From the NCBI GenBank assembly GCA_963778115.1, contig CAVZSV010000004.1, positions 1,536,001 through 1,600,000 of the forward strand: a stretch of DNA of 64,000 nt. Direction: 5' to 3'. Position 1 is the first letter of the stretch. Every line of letters starts with the position of its first letter. Below, in pieces: positions 48,512-57,821 of this stretch. The DNA comes from an uncultured delta proteobacterium. GTDB lineage: Bacteria; Bdellovibrionota; FAC87; UBA2466. A program made the position numbers and the translations under genes. Under the pieces are notes generated by a model. The model was not told the DNA's origin. It saw nothing but the letters and a program-made list of their open reading frames with translations, and did no database searches.

Positions 48512-50560
48512 ATGGCACACTCCTGCATCTGGATCGTTCTTCTTCCTTTTTGTGCCTTTCTCGTCCAGGTTTTTCTGGGGAAAAGGCTGCCAAGGCAAGG
48601 GGACTTCGTTTCTGTCGCTGCTATTTTGGGATCCTTTGCCCTTGCTTGCCCCATTTTCTTTCAGCTACTTCGGACAGGAAATGTTTCCGACGCCCTCCCG
48701 CTAACCTGGATCTCTTTGCCACAAGCTTTCTCTGGAAAGCCCTTTGAAATTCTAATTGGCATCGGAGTCAATAATCTCACGGCCATTATGCTGTTCATGG
48801 TCACGATGTGTTCGTCGCTCATTCACATCTTCTCGACGGGTTACATGCACGGCGAAGATAGATACCATCTGTTCTTTGCTTACATCTCTCTTTTTTCGGC
48901 AGCGATGTTGGGCCTTATCGTTTCGGATAATCTTCTGACGTTTTTTATCTGTTGGGAGCTGATGGGATTGTGTTCGTACCTGCTGATTGGCTTCTATTAC
49001 AAGAAGCCTTCCGCGATAAACGCGAGCCTAAAAGCTTTCATGACGACCCGAGTAGGCGACGTGGGGCTTTTCCTCGGTATCTGTGCCATCTATTCGATTT
49101 TCGGTACAAGCAACTTCGAACAGATCTATCTGCTGGTAAAGCAGCCCTCGTTTGCGGAGGCAACCATCTTGGGCTTGCCTGCTTTCACTTTTATCGGATT
49201 TATGATCCTGATGGGGACGGTGGGGAAATCGGCCCAGTTCCCACTGCATGTCTGGTTGCCTGACGCCATGGAGGGTCCCACTCCCGTAAGCGCTCTTATC
49301 CATGCAGCGACCATGGTGGCGGCCGGTGTTTTCTTACTGATTCGCATGTTCCCCCTTTTGCACGAGGCCCATCATGTTCTTATTGTCGTAGCCTACGTCG
49401 GCGGTATCACGGCATTCTTGGCTGCCCTTTTAGCCATTGTTCAAGTCGACATCAAGAAGGTGCTGGCCTACTCGACGATCAGTCAATTGGGCTACATGGT
49501 TTTGGGAGTCGGTGTCGGAGCATTCCCCGCGGCCTTTTTGCACCTATTGACTCATGCTTGCTTTAAGGCCTGCCTGTTTCTTTCTTCGGGAAGTGTTATC
49601 CACTCGGTCCACACTCAAGACATGAGGGAGATGGGAGGACTTAGGACAAAAATGCCTCTGACCTTCCTGGCCATGATGATAGCGACGGTCGCCATCAGCG
49701 GCTTTCCGTTCTTTTCGGGCTTTGTCAGTAAGGATCGCATCTTGGCGGGAACCTTGGCCCACAGCATGGAGAACGGCCACTGGATATTGCCTATCTTGGG
49801 ATTCGTGACCGCCGGCATGACTTCTTTTTATATGTTTCGGATGATGTATCTGACCTTTTTCGGCGCCGCACGTGACGAACACAAACACCATCACGCGCAC
49901 GAACAGTCTTTCGTGATGGTCTTTCCAGTACTCGTCCTGGCCGCTCTGTCTTTCTCTCTTTGGTTCTCTGGCCCTTCGGGCATTGAAAAGTTCGATAGCT
50001 TCATGCCGGTGAGCTGGTACGACACGGCTATCGACAATACCCAAAAAGCCATGGGCTTAGTCGCCGAACATTCCGAAGGGGCGTCTCTGCAAATAGAGCA
50101 TCATGCCCATTCGCTGGCTCTTGTCTTTTCACTCACGCTTGCGACTCTGGGAGTGCTATTAGCCACGCTCATCTATCTGAAGAAAGCGATATCAGCCGAT
50201 AAACTCAAAACCGTTTTCGGCCCCATCTATACCCTGTTATGGAACCGCTATTACATCGACAACCTCTACGTGAATGTTTTGGTTCAAAAGGTTCTGCTTA
50301 GATGGAACCAACTACTAGCGACGTTTGACGATAAGGTGATCGATCGAATTTTTGTCGATGGTTGGGCTGACGTCGTTATGGTGATAAAAAGTGTGGTTGC
50401 CAAATTTGATGACCTCATCGTCGACCGAATTTTGGTCGACGGAACCGGACAAATTACGGCTTTGGGTGGTTGGGCGCTTCGAATTGTCCAGACGGGCAAG
50501 GTCCAACAGTACTTAATGGCGGCACTGGCAGTTCTTGGATTAGCTATTTGGCTTTTTTGA
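48512..50560 (+). CDS. nuoL: NADH-quinone oxidoreductase subunit L (set 1), extended lateral helix
   Basis: WELMGLCSYLLIGF, KSAQFPLHVWLPDAMEGPTPVSALIHAATMV, DIKKVLAYSTISQLG; 682 aa. Confidence 0.95.
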   Translation: MAHSCIWIVLLPFCAFLVQVFLGKRLPRQGDFVSVAAILGSFALACPIFFQLLRTGNVSDALPLTWISLPQAFSGKPFEILIGIGVNNLTAIMLFMVTMCSSLIHIFSTGYMHGEDRYHLFFAYISLFSAAMLGLIVSDNLLTFFICWELMGLCSYLLIGFYYKKPSAINASLKAFMTTRVGDVGLFLGICAIYSIFGTSNFEQIYLLVKQPSFAEATILGLPAFTFIGFMILMGTVGKSAQFPLHVWLPDAMEGPTPVSALIHAATMVAAGVFLLIRMFPLLHEAHHVLIVVAYVGGITAFLAALLAIVQVDIKKVLAYSTISQLGYMVLGVGVGAFPAAFLHLLTHACFKACLFLSSGSVIHSVHTQDMREMGGLRTKMPLTFLAMMIATVAISGFPFFSGFVSKDRILAGTLAHSMENGHWILPILGFVTAGMTSFYMFRMMYLTFFGAARDEHKHHHAHEQSFVMVFPVLVLAALSFSLWFSGPSGIEKFDSFMPVSWYDTAIDNTQKAMGLVAEHSEGASLQIEHHAHSLALVFSLTLATLGVLLATLIYLKKAISADKLKTVFGPIYTLLWNRYYIDNLYVNVLVQKVLLRWNQLLATFDDKVIDRIFVDGWADVVMVIKSVVAKFDDLIVDRILVDGTGQITALGGWALRIVQTGKVQQYLMAALAVLGLAIWLF

Positions 50561-50573
50561 ACGAGGATAGACG

Positions 50574-52094
50574 ATGGAACATATCTTAAGTTGGATGACT
50601 TTTATTCCACTGATCGGAATGGTGGTGGTACTCTGCTTACCAGGAAAAGCACACAACCTAATCCGCTGGACCAGCGTGATAGCAACTCTGATACCGCTCA
50701 TACTGGGTGTCATATTATTCCTCAACTTCGATCGCACTTCGTCGTCGGTTCAATTTGTGGAGCACGCCCCCTGGCTTCCCTTCGATATCCATTATTACTT
50801 GGGAGTAGATGGGTTAAGTATCCCGATGGTTTTACTTACGGCGTTGCTCTCTTTTCTGTGCATCTTTGCGTCTTGGGGCATTGAAGATGCCGTTAAGGGC
50901 TATTTCTCTATGTTCCTTTTTCTTGAGACGGGCATGATGGGGGTTTTCTGCTCCCTCGACTTCTTTCTCTTCTTCGTCTTCTGGGAAGTCATGCTACTCC
51001 CGATGTACTTTCTGATCGGTATCTGGGGAGGCAAAAATAAAGTCTACGCCGCCATTAAGTTTTTTCTCTATACCCTTTTTGGCTCCGTTTTGATGTTGCT
51101 GGTGATGGTCGGAATGTACTGGTACTCGGAACCCCACTCCTTTGACCTATTACAATTAGCGTCTGCCCACGCATTTACGGGAAAAACGATTACGCTATTT
51201 GGCGCTCAATTCGCTTTGGATAAACTGTTCTGGATAGGCCTATTTATCGGGTTCGCCATCAAGGTTCCCATCTGGCCGTTCCATACTTGGTTACCTTGGG
51301 CCCACGTCGAAGCGCCAACTGCCGTCTCCGTCATTCTGGCTGGTGTTCTGCTAAAGATGGGAACTTACGGCATCCTAAGAATGAACTATCCGATCTTACC
51401 GGAAGCCACTTATTGGGCCGCCAACGCGCTGGCCATTTTGGGAGTCATCAATATTCTTTACGGGGCTTTCTGCGCGATGGCGCAAAAAGATCTGAAGAAA
51501 TTAGTGGCCTACTCTTCGGTCTCCCACATGGGATATGTCCTTTTGGGAATGGCAACTCTCACCACAGCCGGTGTGAATGGAGCCGTTCTTCAGATGTTTA
51601 ACCACGGTACCTCTACCGCCATGTTATTTCTTTTGGTCGGCGTTCTGTACGATCGCGCTCACCACCGCTGGATCGTCAAACCCGACGGTTCCAAAGGTTT
51701 TGGCGGGATAGCGACAGTGGTACCGGTGTACACAGCCATTATGGGGCTTGCTGTATTTGCCTCATTAGGTCTGCCGGGACTCAGTGGTTTTATCAGTGAA
51801 GCACTTGTCTTTTTGGGAGCTTTCTCCAAAACGCAGTTCCAGACCTACACCGTGGTGGGCTCGCTCGGAATCGTTCTCGGCGCTGCTTATCTATTGTGGA
51901 TGTTCATGCGGGTATTCTTAGGTCCTTTGAATGAAGAATATAAAGGACTTACCGATATGAACTTGCGCGAAAAGCTGACCCTAATGCCTTTATGCGCTTT
52001 GGTCATCGTACTGGGGGTTTATCCCATGCCCGTGCTTAATCTGATGGGCGAGACTGTTTCAAAGCTGGTAAATATTTTCAAAACTTTTGGTTGA
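50574..52094 (+). CDS. nuoM: NADH-quinone oxidoreductase subunit M (set 1)
   Basis: FWEVMLLPMY, KVPIWPFHTWLP.AHVEAP, LLKMGTYG, KKLVAYSSVSHMG. Confidence 0.95.
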   Translation: MEHILSWMTFIPLIGMVVVLCLPGKAHNLIRWTSVIATLIPLILGVILFLNFDRTSSSVQFVEHAPWLPFDIHYYLGVDGLSIPMVLLTALLSFLCIFASWGIEDAVKGYFSMFLFLETGMMGVFCSLDFFLFFVFWEVMLLPMYFLIGIWGGKNKVYAAIKFFLYTLFGSVLMLLVMVGMYWYSEPHSFDLLQLASAHAFTGKTITLFGAQFALDKLFWIGLFIGFAIKVPIWPFHTWLPWAHVEAPTAVSVILAGVLLKMGTYGILRMNYPILPEATYWAANALAILGVINILYGAFCAMAQKDLKKLVAYSSVSHMGYVLLGMATLTTAGVNGAVLQMFNHGTSTAMLFLLVGVLYDRAHHRWIVKPDGSKGFGGIATVVPVYTAIMGLAVFASLGLPGLSGFISEALVFLGAFSKTQFQTYTVVGSLGIVLGAAYLLWMFMRVFLGPLNEEYKGLTDMNLREKLTLMPLCALVIVLGVYPMPVLNLMGETVSKLVNIFKTFG

Positions 52095-52103
52095 GGCATT
52101 TTT

Positions 52104-53594
52104 GTGACACCGGAACTTCTTTCAAGTCTAAAAGTCTTTGCCCCTGAGATAATGATCATTGGCTTTCTGGTTTTGCTTTTCTTGCTCGATGGCTTTTTGC
52201 CGAAAATGCGCTCCAGTGAAGCGCCGCTCGTCGTAACCTTCTTGGGCTTTTGCTGCGCTTTGGTCCTCACTTACGTCGTATCCAAACCTGGAAGATTTAA
52301 CATGGCCTTTTCCGGTTCTCTGGCCAGCGATGCTTTCACGACGTTCTTTCGCTATCTCTTTTTCTTGGCGGGTGCTGCCACCTGCTACTTGGCCTTTGGC
52401 TCGGGAGAACTGAAAGCCAAGAGCCGGGTCGAGTTTTCGCTACTTCTTTTGTGCGTCACTTTTGGCCTTAGTTTAATGGCCATGGCCACCAACCTGCTTG
52501 TGCTCTATATCGGAATAGAAACGGTCAGTATCATCTCTTTCGTATTGGCCGGCTTTCATCGCGATGACGCCAAGTCGAATGAAGCTTCCTTTAAATACCT
52601 CGTTTTCGGAGCGCTCGCTTCGGGGACGATGCTTTATGGCTTCAGCCTCATCTACGGCTATACCGGAAGCCTTTATTACGATGGAATTAACAAATTTCTC
52701 ATTGCTAATCCGCAAGGAGCACCTTTAACGCTTAATCTGTCGTTAGCTCTGATCTACTTGGGGCTAGCCTATAAGATCTCAGCCTTCCCGATGCATTTTT
52801 GGACCCCGGATGTCTACGAAGGATCTCCAACCCCGGTCGCCGCTTTTTTCTCCATCGGACCTAAAGCAGCTGGCTTTGCCGCTGTCGTGAGGATCTTGAA
52901 AAGTGCCTTCTCCATCCCCGTAGGAGATGGGACGTTGAAGCCATTGGAAAATATTCCCATCGTCCACGGAATCGCTTTAGCCGCCGCGGCTACCATGGTG
53001 GTGGGAAACCTCAGCGCTATCGGACAACGAAGCGTCAAAAGAATGTTGGCCTATTCAAGTATTGCGCATGTCGGTTACATGCTGATGGGGTTAGTCTCCT
53101 ACAACTTCTTCGGAGTCTCGGCCATCTTGTTTTATCTCGTGGCCTACTACGCCATGAACTTTGGCGCTTTTTGGGTGGTGAGCATCGTCGTGGATATTCG
53201 GGGAAATGATGATCTGGATTCGTTTCGAGGCATGGGGTGGTCGATGCCGGTGTTGGGCGTGTGCATGGGCATCTTCCTCTTTTCACTAACCGGTATTCCC
53301 CTGTTCGCCGGTTTCATAGGAAAATTTCTTCTTTTTACAACGGTTATTAAGACTCCAGGATTTCTGTGGCTTGCGATTTTGGGAGTACTTAATAGTGTAG
53401 TGTCGTTGTACTACTACACGAAGGTTTTAAAGGCCATGTGGCTTGAGCGTCCCGCGACGACCACCCTACCCATGAAACTGTCCTTCTACCACGGGTTCGG
53501 TCTGGTCGCTTTGGCGGTTCCAACGATTTTACTAGGAATCTTTTTTACGCCGGTGTGGCGGTTTGCAGAAGCCTCGCTAAGCGTGTTCTTCTAG
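52104..53594 (+). CDS. nuoN: NADH-quinone oxidoreductase subunit N (set 1)
   Basis: EASFKY, KISAFPMHFWTPDVYEGSP, KRMLAYSSIAH, GFIGKF. Confidence 0.94.
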   Translation: MTPELLSSLKVFAPEIMIIGFLVLLFLLDGFLPKMRSSEAPLVVTFLGFCCALVLTYVVSKPGRFNMAFSGSLASDAFTTFFRYLFFLAGAATCYLAFGSGELKAKSRVEFSLLLLCVTFGLSLMAMATNLLVLYIGIETVSIISFVLAGFHRDDAKSNEASFKYLVFGALASGTMLYGFSLIYGYTGSLYYDGINKFLIANPQGAPLTLNLSLALIYLGLAYKISAFPMHFWTPDVYEGSPTPVAAFFSIGPKAAGFAAVVRILKSAFSIPVGDGTLKPLENIPIVHGIALAAAATMVVGNLSAIGQRSVKRMLAYSSIAHVGYMLMGLVSYNFFGVSAILFYLVAYYAMNFGAFWVVSIVVDIRGNDDLDSFRGMGWSMPVLGVCMGIFLFSLTGIPLFAGFIGKFLLFTTVIKTPGFLWLAILGVLNSVVSLYYYTKVLKAMWLERPATTTLPMKLSFYHGFGLVALAVPTILLGIFFTPVWRFAEASLSVFF

Positions 53595-53616
53595 TTTGGT
53601 TTTTGATGAGGATCTA

Positions 53617-53979
53617 GTGGAAGCTTTCTTACCCATTGCAGTGTTACTTATCTTTGCGCTGATCGTTTGTGCCGCAATCTTTGTGATTACCAATGTATTG
53701 GGGCCGAATAATCCCGTTGCGAGTAAATTGTCGGTTTATGAGTGTGGCGTAAAACCTGAAGGCACTGCCCGAGCCCCTTTTAGAAACCAGTTTTATCTCA
53801 TCGCGGTTTTATTTCTGCTGTTTGATGTGGAAGGAGCCTTTTTTCTCCCTTGGGCTTTAGTCTATCGCGAGTCATTAATAACGGGCGGAACTCTGCTCTT
53901 GGCTCTTGTAGTTTACATGGCTCTGATGGTCTTAGGTCTGGTTTATATTTTTAAGAAGGATTGTTTGCGACTCCGCTAG
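53617..53979 (+). CDS. nuoA: NADH-quinone oxidoreductase subunit A (set 2)
   Basis: YECGV, FYLIAVLFLLFDVE..F..PWA; GAGGA RBS before GTG 53617. Confidence 0.92.
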   Translation: MEAFLPIAVLLIFALIVCAAIFVITNVLGPNNPVASKLSVYECGVKPEGTARAPFRNQFYLIAVLFLLFDVEGAFFLPWALVYRESLITGGTLLLALVVYMALMVLGLVYIFKKDCLRLR

Positions 53980-54024
53980 TGGCGGGTAGTCGAAATCAAC
54001 GGATTGGACAAATGGATTGGCCAA

Positions 54025-55089
54025 ATGGACTGGATTGATATCGTCATCATGGTGCTCAAAGTCCTACTGATCTACGTAGGACTCATTCAAGTCGTGCCTG
54101 TCATGATTTGGGTGGAGCGAAAGGGAGCTGCTCTCATTCAGGACAGACCGGGTCCCAACCGGGTGGGCTGGTTCGGTCTTTTGCAGCCGGTAGCCGATGC
54201 CGTAAAGTTTCTCTTCAAAGAAGATCCCGTACCTTCCCACGTCAATCGGCTGCTTTATAATCTAGGTCCTTTTCTGACATTATTGCCGGCATCCCTTACT
54301 ATCGCAGCCCTTCCCATCGCCGACTTCATGGTCTTCTCGGGGAGACGAATCCCTCTGCAGATCACCGAACTGGATGTGGGATTGGTTTACGTTTTGGCCA
54401 TTAGTTCCCTTGGAATCTACGGCATTCTTTTCGGAGGCTGGGCCTCCAACAATAAGTTCTCGCTCATTGGAGCCATGCGATCGTCGTCACAAATCATTAG
54501 TTACGAAATTCCATTGGGTTTGGCGGCAGCAGCGGCAGTTACCGTTTATGGCACTTGGAATTTAAGAGAAATGGTCGTGTTCCAGCAAGGAACAATCGCA
54601 GGCTGGATTCCCAATTGGGGAATCTTCTACCAGCCGCTAGGCTTTTTGATTTTCTTTATCTCAGCCTTTGCGGAAACCAACCGCCTTCCCTTCGACCTCC
54701 CCGAGACCGAAGCGGAGCTGGTGGCCGGCTACCATACGGAATATGGCAGCATGAAATTCGCTACCTTTTTCATGGCGGAATATATGAATTTGGCTGTCGT
54801 CTCGGGCATGATGGCAACCCTGTATTTCGGAGGATGGCACCTTCCCTGGATTTCGGACAACACGTTGCTAACTTGGTTGGGCTCGCGAAATCTAGTGGCC
54901 ATCATTCAGGTAATCACCTTTACCATCAAAGTTTCTATCTCCATGTGCGTTTTCGTCTGGGTTCGCTGGACGATTCCTCGATTTCGGTTCGATCAGTTGA
55001 TGAGACTGGCTTGGGAGAATTTAATTCCACTTGCGATGCTAAACATTCTGGGAACCGCGGTCCTGCTCTATTTGAAAGATCGAGTATGA
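54025..55089 (+). CDS. nuoH: NADH-quinone oxidoreductase subunit H (set 2)
   Basis: ERK..A..QDRPGPNRVG, SQIISYE, ETNRLPFDLPETEAELVAGY, PRFRFDQLM. Confidence 0.95.
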   Translation: MDWIDIVIMVLKVLLIYVGLIQVVPVMIWVERKGAALIQDRPGPNRVGWFGLLQPVADAVKFLFKEDPVPSHVNRLLYNLGPFLTLLPASLTIAALPIADFMVFSGRRIPLQITELDVGLVYVLAISSLGIYGILFGGWASNNKFSLIGAMRSSSQIISYEIPLGLAAAAAVTVYGTWNLREMVVFQQGTIAGWIPNWGIFYQPLGFLIFFISAFAETNRLPFDLPETEAELVAGYHTEYGSMKFATFFMAEYMNLAVVSGMMATLYFGGWHLPWISDNTLLTWLGSRNLVAIIQVITFTIKVSISMCVFVWVRWTIPRFRFDQLMRLAWENLIPLAMLNILGTAVLLYLKDRV

Positions 55090-55598
55090 AAGAAGCCGTA
55101 TTTGTCTTTTTTACCTTAGTAACGATTGGTTTTGCCCTTGGCGTCGTGTTTGCCAAGAACGCGGTTTATAGCGCGTTCAGCTTGGTGCTCTGTTTTTTCA
55201 GCCTCTCGGCCATCTACGTCTTGTGGGGCGCTACCTTTATCGCGGTGGTTCAAGTCCTCATCTATACAGGTGCCATCGTAGTGCTTTTCCTCTTTGTCGT
55301 GATGCTCCTCGATATGGCAAAGGGGACTATCAATCTATCGGCAGGATGGGTGATGGCGGCCGTCGCAGGAGCGGCATCTTGGATCTTTGCCGTGTTACTT
55401 TTGAGAACGCTTAATAAGACCGGAGTTCCCGTTCCGACGGGGACGCTAAACGCCATCGACATTAGAACCATCTCCAAACTTCTTTTTACCGACTATCTGT
55501 GGCCGTTTGAGGTGCTGTCCATCTTCATGTTGGCGCTCATCGTAGCCGTTTTTGCTCTGGCGAGACCCGAGCAAGCCGAGAGGGAGAAGCAGAAGTGA
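55086..55598 (+). CDS. nuoJ: NADH-quinone oxidoreductase subunit J (set 2)
   Basis: Real start is ATG 55086 (ATGA overlap with nuoH2); QVLIYTGAIVVLFLFVVMLL, YLWPFE. Confidence 0.92.
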   Translation: MKEAVFVFFTLVTIGFALGVVFAKNAVYSAFSLVLCFFSLSAIYVLWGATFIAVVQVLIYTGAIVVLFLFVVMLLDMAKGTINLSAGWVMAAVAGAASWIFAVLLLRTLNKTGVPVPTGTLNAIDIRTISKLLFTDYLWPFEVLSIFMLALIVAVFALARPEQAEREKQK

Positions 55599-55915
55599 AT
55601 TTTAACCAATCCCCCGAACTATTGCACTGGTCACACTATTTAGCCGTCGCACTCTTCGCTCTAGGACTATTGGGCTTTTTGGTTCGAAAAAACGCTATTG
55701 TAGTCTTGATGTGTGTGGAGTTGATGCTGAATTCGGTAAACCTGATCCTGGTTGAAGTTTCGATGCGAACAGGCCGTCCCGAAGGCATCATCATGGTGGT
55801 TTTTGTTATTACGGTCGCCGCCGCGGAAGCGGCAGTGGGGCTGGGCATCATTCTCAACTTATATCGACTAAAAGATACCGTGGAGATGGACGCTTTTAAG
55901 ACTTTGCAGGGATAA
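55595..55915 (+). CDS. nuoK: NADH-quinone oxidoreductase subunit K (set 2)
   Basis: MCVELMLNSVN, VAAAEAAVGLG. Confidence 0.94.
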   Translation: MNFNQSPELLHWSHYLAVALFALGLLGFLVRKNAIVVLMCVELMLNSVNLILVEVSMRTGRPEGIIMVVFVITVAAAEAAVGLGIILNLYRLKDTVEMDAFKTLQG

Positions 55916-55919
55916 AGCA

Positions 55920-57821
55920 ATGGGCATTCTAATATTACTCATGATCGGCATCCCCCTTATCGGGAGCATTGTGAACGGACTCATCGTTCGTTCCACCGAT
56001 GCAAAAAAGGCGGGACTCGTCGCCACCTTGGCCGCTGGTTCGAGCTTCGTTCTGGCCGCCGTACTTTGGCTTAGCTACCTCAGCTCAGGCAATCCCATCG
56101 CCATCTCTTTCTCTTGGTTTTCGGCCGGCGATATTACGGTCAACTGGGGATTTCGCTATGACGCTTTGACCGCGATGATGACTCTCATGGTGACCGGCAT
56201 CGGCACCGTGATCCATCTTTACTCTATCGGCTACATGTCCCACGAGCCAACGCCTTACCGTTATTTCGCATATCTCAACCTGTTCCTCTTTAGCATGCTC
56301 ACTTTAGTGACTGGCGACAATCTTCCCGTCATGTTTGTAGGTTGGGAAGGGGTGGGATTGTGTTCCTATCTGTTGATAGGTTATTGGTATCAGGACATTG
56401 ATAAAGCAAACGCCGGGATTAAGGCTTTCGTAGTCAATCGCATCGGAGACGCAGGTTTCTTGCTCGGTATTTTTCTCTGTTTCCAACTCTTTCATTCGGC
56501 AACTTTTACCACCATTGCGGACTTCTTAAAGCAGCCCGCGGCTTCGTCACTCAATTTAACGCTTCTCAACTGCACGGCACTTTGTCTGTTTATCGGAGCC
56601 ATGGGTAAGTCGGCCCAGATACCGTTATACGTCTGGCTTCCCGATGCGATGGCGGGCCCCACTCCGGTCAGTGCTCTCATCCACGCCGCCACCATGGTGA
56701 CGGCCGGTGTCTATCTTATCGCGCGAATGAATTTCCTTTTCATGATCACTTCCGATACGAGTGCTTTCGTAGCGCTTATTGGAGGAATCACAGCCCTTTT
56801 CGCGGCAACCATAGCCGTGGCACAAATGGATATTAAGAAAGTTCTCGCTTACTCCACGGTAAGCCAATTGGGACTAATGTTTTTGGCGTTGGGAACTAGA
56901 AACTACTTTGCCGCTATCTTTCACGTACTGACCCATGCTTTTTTCAAAGCCTTACTTTTCCTCGGGGCAGGTAGCGTCATCCATGCGGTCGGCGGTGAAC
57001 AAGACATTCGAAAAATGGGAGGGCTCCGCAAGAAGCTCCCCATGACTCATCTCACTTTCTTAATAGGAACGATCGCCATAGCAGGAGTTCCTCCGCTGGC
57101 TGGATTCTTCAGTAAGGATCTTATTCTCTTCGGGTCCCTCATGGCCGAGAGAAATGCGCGAACCCTGTGGCTTCTAGGGTCACTCGCTTCGGTGCTAACC
57201 GCCTTTTACATGGGCCGGCTCTACTTCTCCGTGTTTTCCGGGGAATATCGCGGTTCCGCTCACCCGCACGAAAGTCCCCCCGTAATGACCATTCCTCTGG
57301 CCATCTTAGCCGTGGGAAGTGTCTTAGCCGGATTTCTGGGAGTGCCTGAGTCCTGGCATTTGATGCCCAATATTTTAGGCCACTTTCTTTCACCGGTGCT
57401 TCACGAGCTGCCGGAATCTCCCACCTTTATCTCGGAGTCGCTCGCCATGGGGATCGCCACCTCTCTGGCCGTCCTAGCCATTGTGGTGGCTTGGGCAATT
57501 TACGGCGGAGAGCGCGCGGGCAAAGCCCTCGAGCACAAGAAGCTGCGCCCTATCACGACCATCTTGGCCAACAAATATTGGATCGACGAGCTTTACGAAA
57601 TTCTCTTTATTAATCCCTTTCGTTACCTTTCGTCTTTCCTCGCCAAATTCGTCGACATTCGCATCATAGATGGGGCGGTCCTGGTACCTGCGCGACTGGC
57701 TCGAACGGGAGCTACCATTCTTAGCCTCGTCCAAGCCGGAGCCACTCAGTTCTACCTTCTCGTCATGCTCATCGGAGCCGTGTTGGTCCTGTGGTTTGCA
57801 TTGAAGGGAGCGGTCCTCTAA
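55920..57821 (+). CDS. nuoL: NADH-quinone oxidoreductase subunit L (set 2), standard-length lateral helix
   Basis: GWEGVGLCSYLLIG, KSAQIPLYVWLPDAMAGPTPVSALIHAATMV; 633 aa. Confidence 0.95.
   Translation: MGILILLMIGIPLIGSIVNGLIVRSTDAKKAGLVATLAAGSSFVLAAVLWLSYLSSGNPIAISFSWFSAGDITVNWGFRYDALTAMMTLMVTGIGTVIHLYSIGYMSHEPTPYRYFAYLNLFLFSMLTLVTGDNLPVMFVGWEGVGLCSYLLIGYWYQDIDKANAGIKAFVVNRIGDAGFLLGIFLCFQLFHSATFTTIADFLKQPAASSLNLTLLNCTALCLFIGAMGKSAQIPLYVWLPDAMAGPTPVSALIHAATMVTAGVYLIARMNFLFMITSDTSAFVALIGGITALFAATIAVAQMDIKKVLAYSTVSQLGLMFLALGTRNYFAAIFHVLTHAFFKALLFLGAGSVIHAVGGEQDIRKMGGLRKKLPMTHLTFLIGTIAIAGVPPLAGFFSKDLILFGSLMAERNARTLWLLGSLASVLTAFYMGRLYFSVFSGEYRGSAHPHESPPVMTIPLAILAVGSVLAGFLGVPESWHLMPNILGHFLSPVLHELPESPTFISESLAMGIATSLAVLAIVVAWAIYGGERAGKALEHKKLRPITTILANKYWIDELYEILFINPFRYLSSFLAKFVDIRIIDGAVLVPARLARTGATILSLVQAGATQFYLLVMLIGAVLVLWFALKGAVL

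Noticed and set aside
54555..55085. Apparent 177-aa N-terminal extension of NuoJ2
   Set aside because: Alternate frame inside nuoH2; the real start is ATG 55086.
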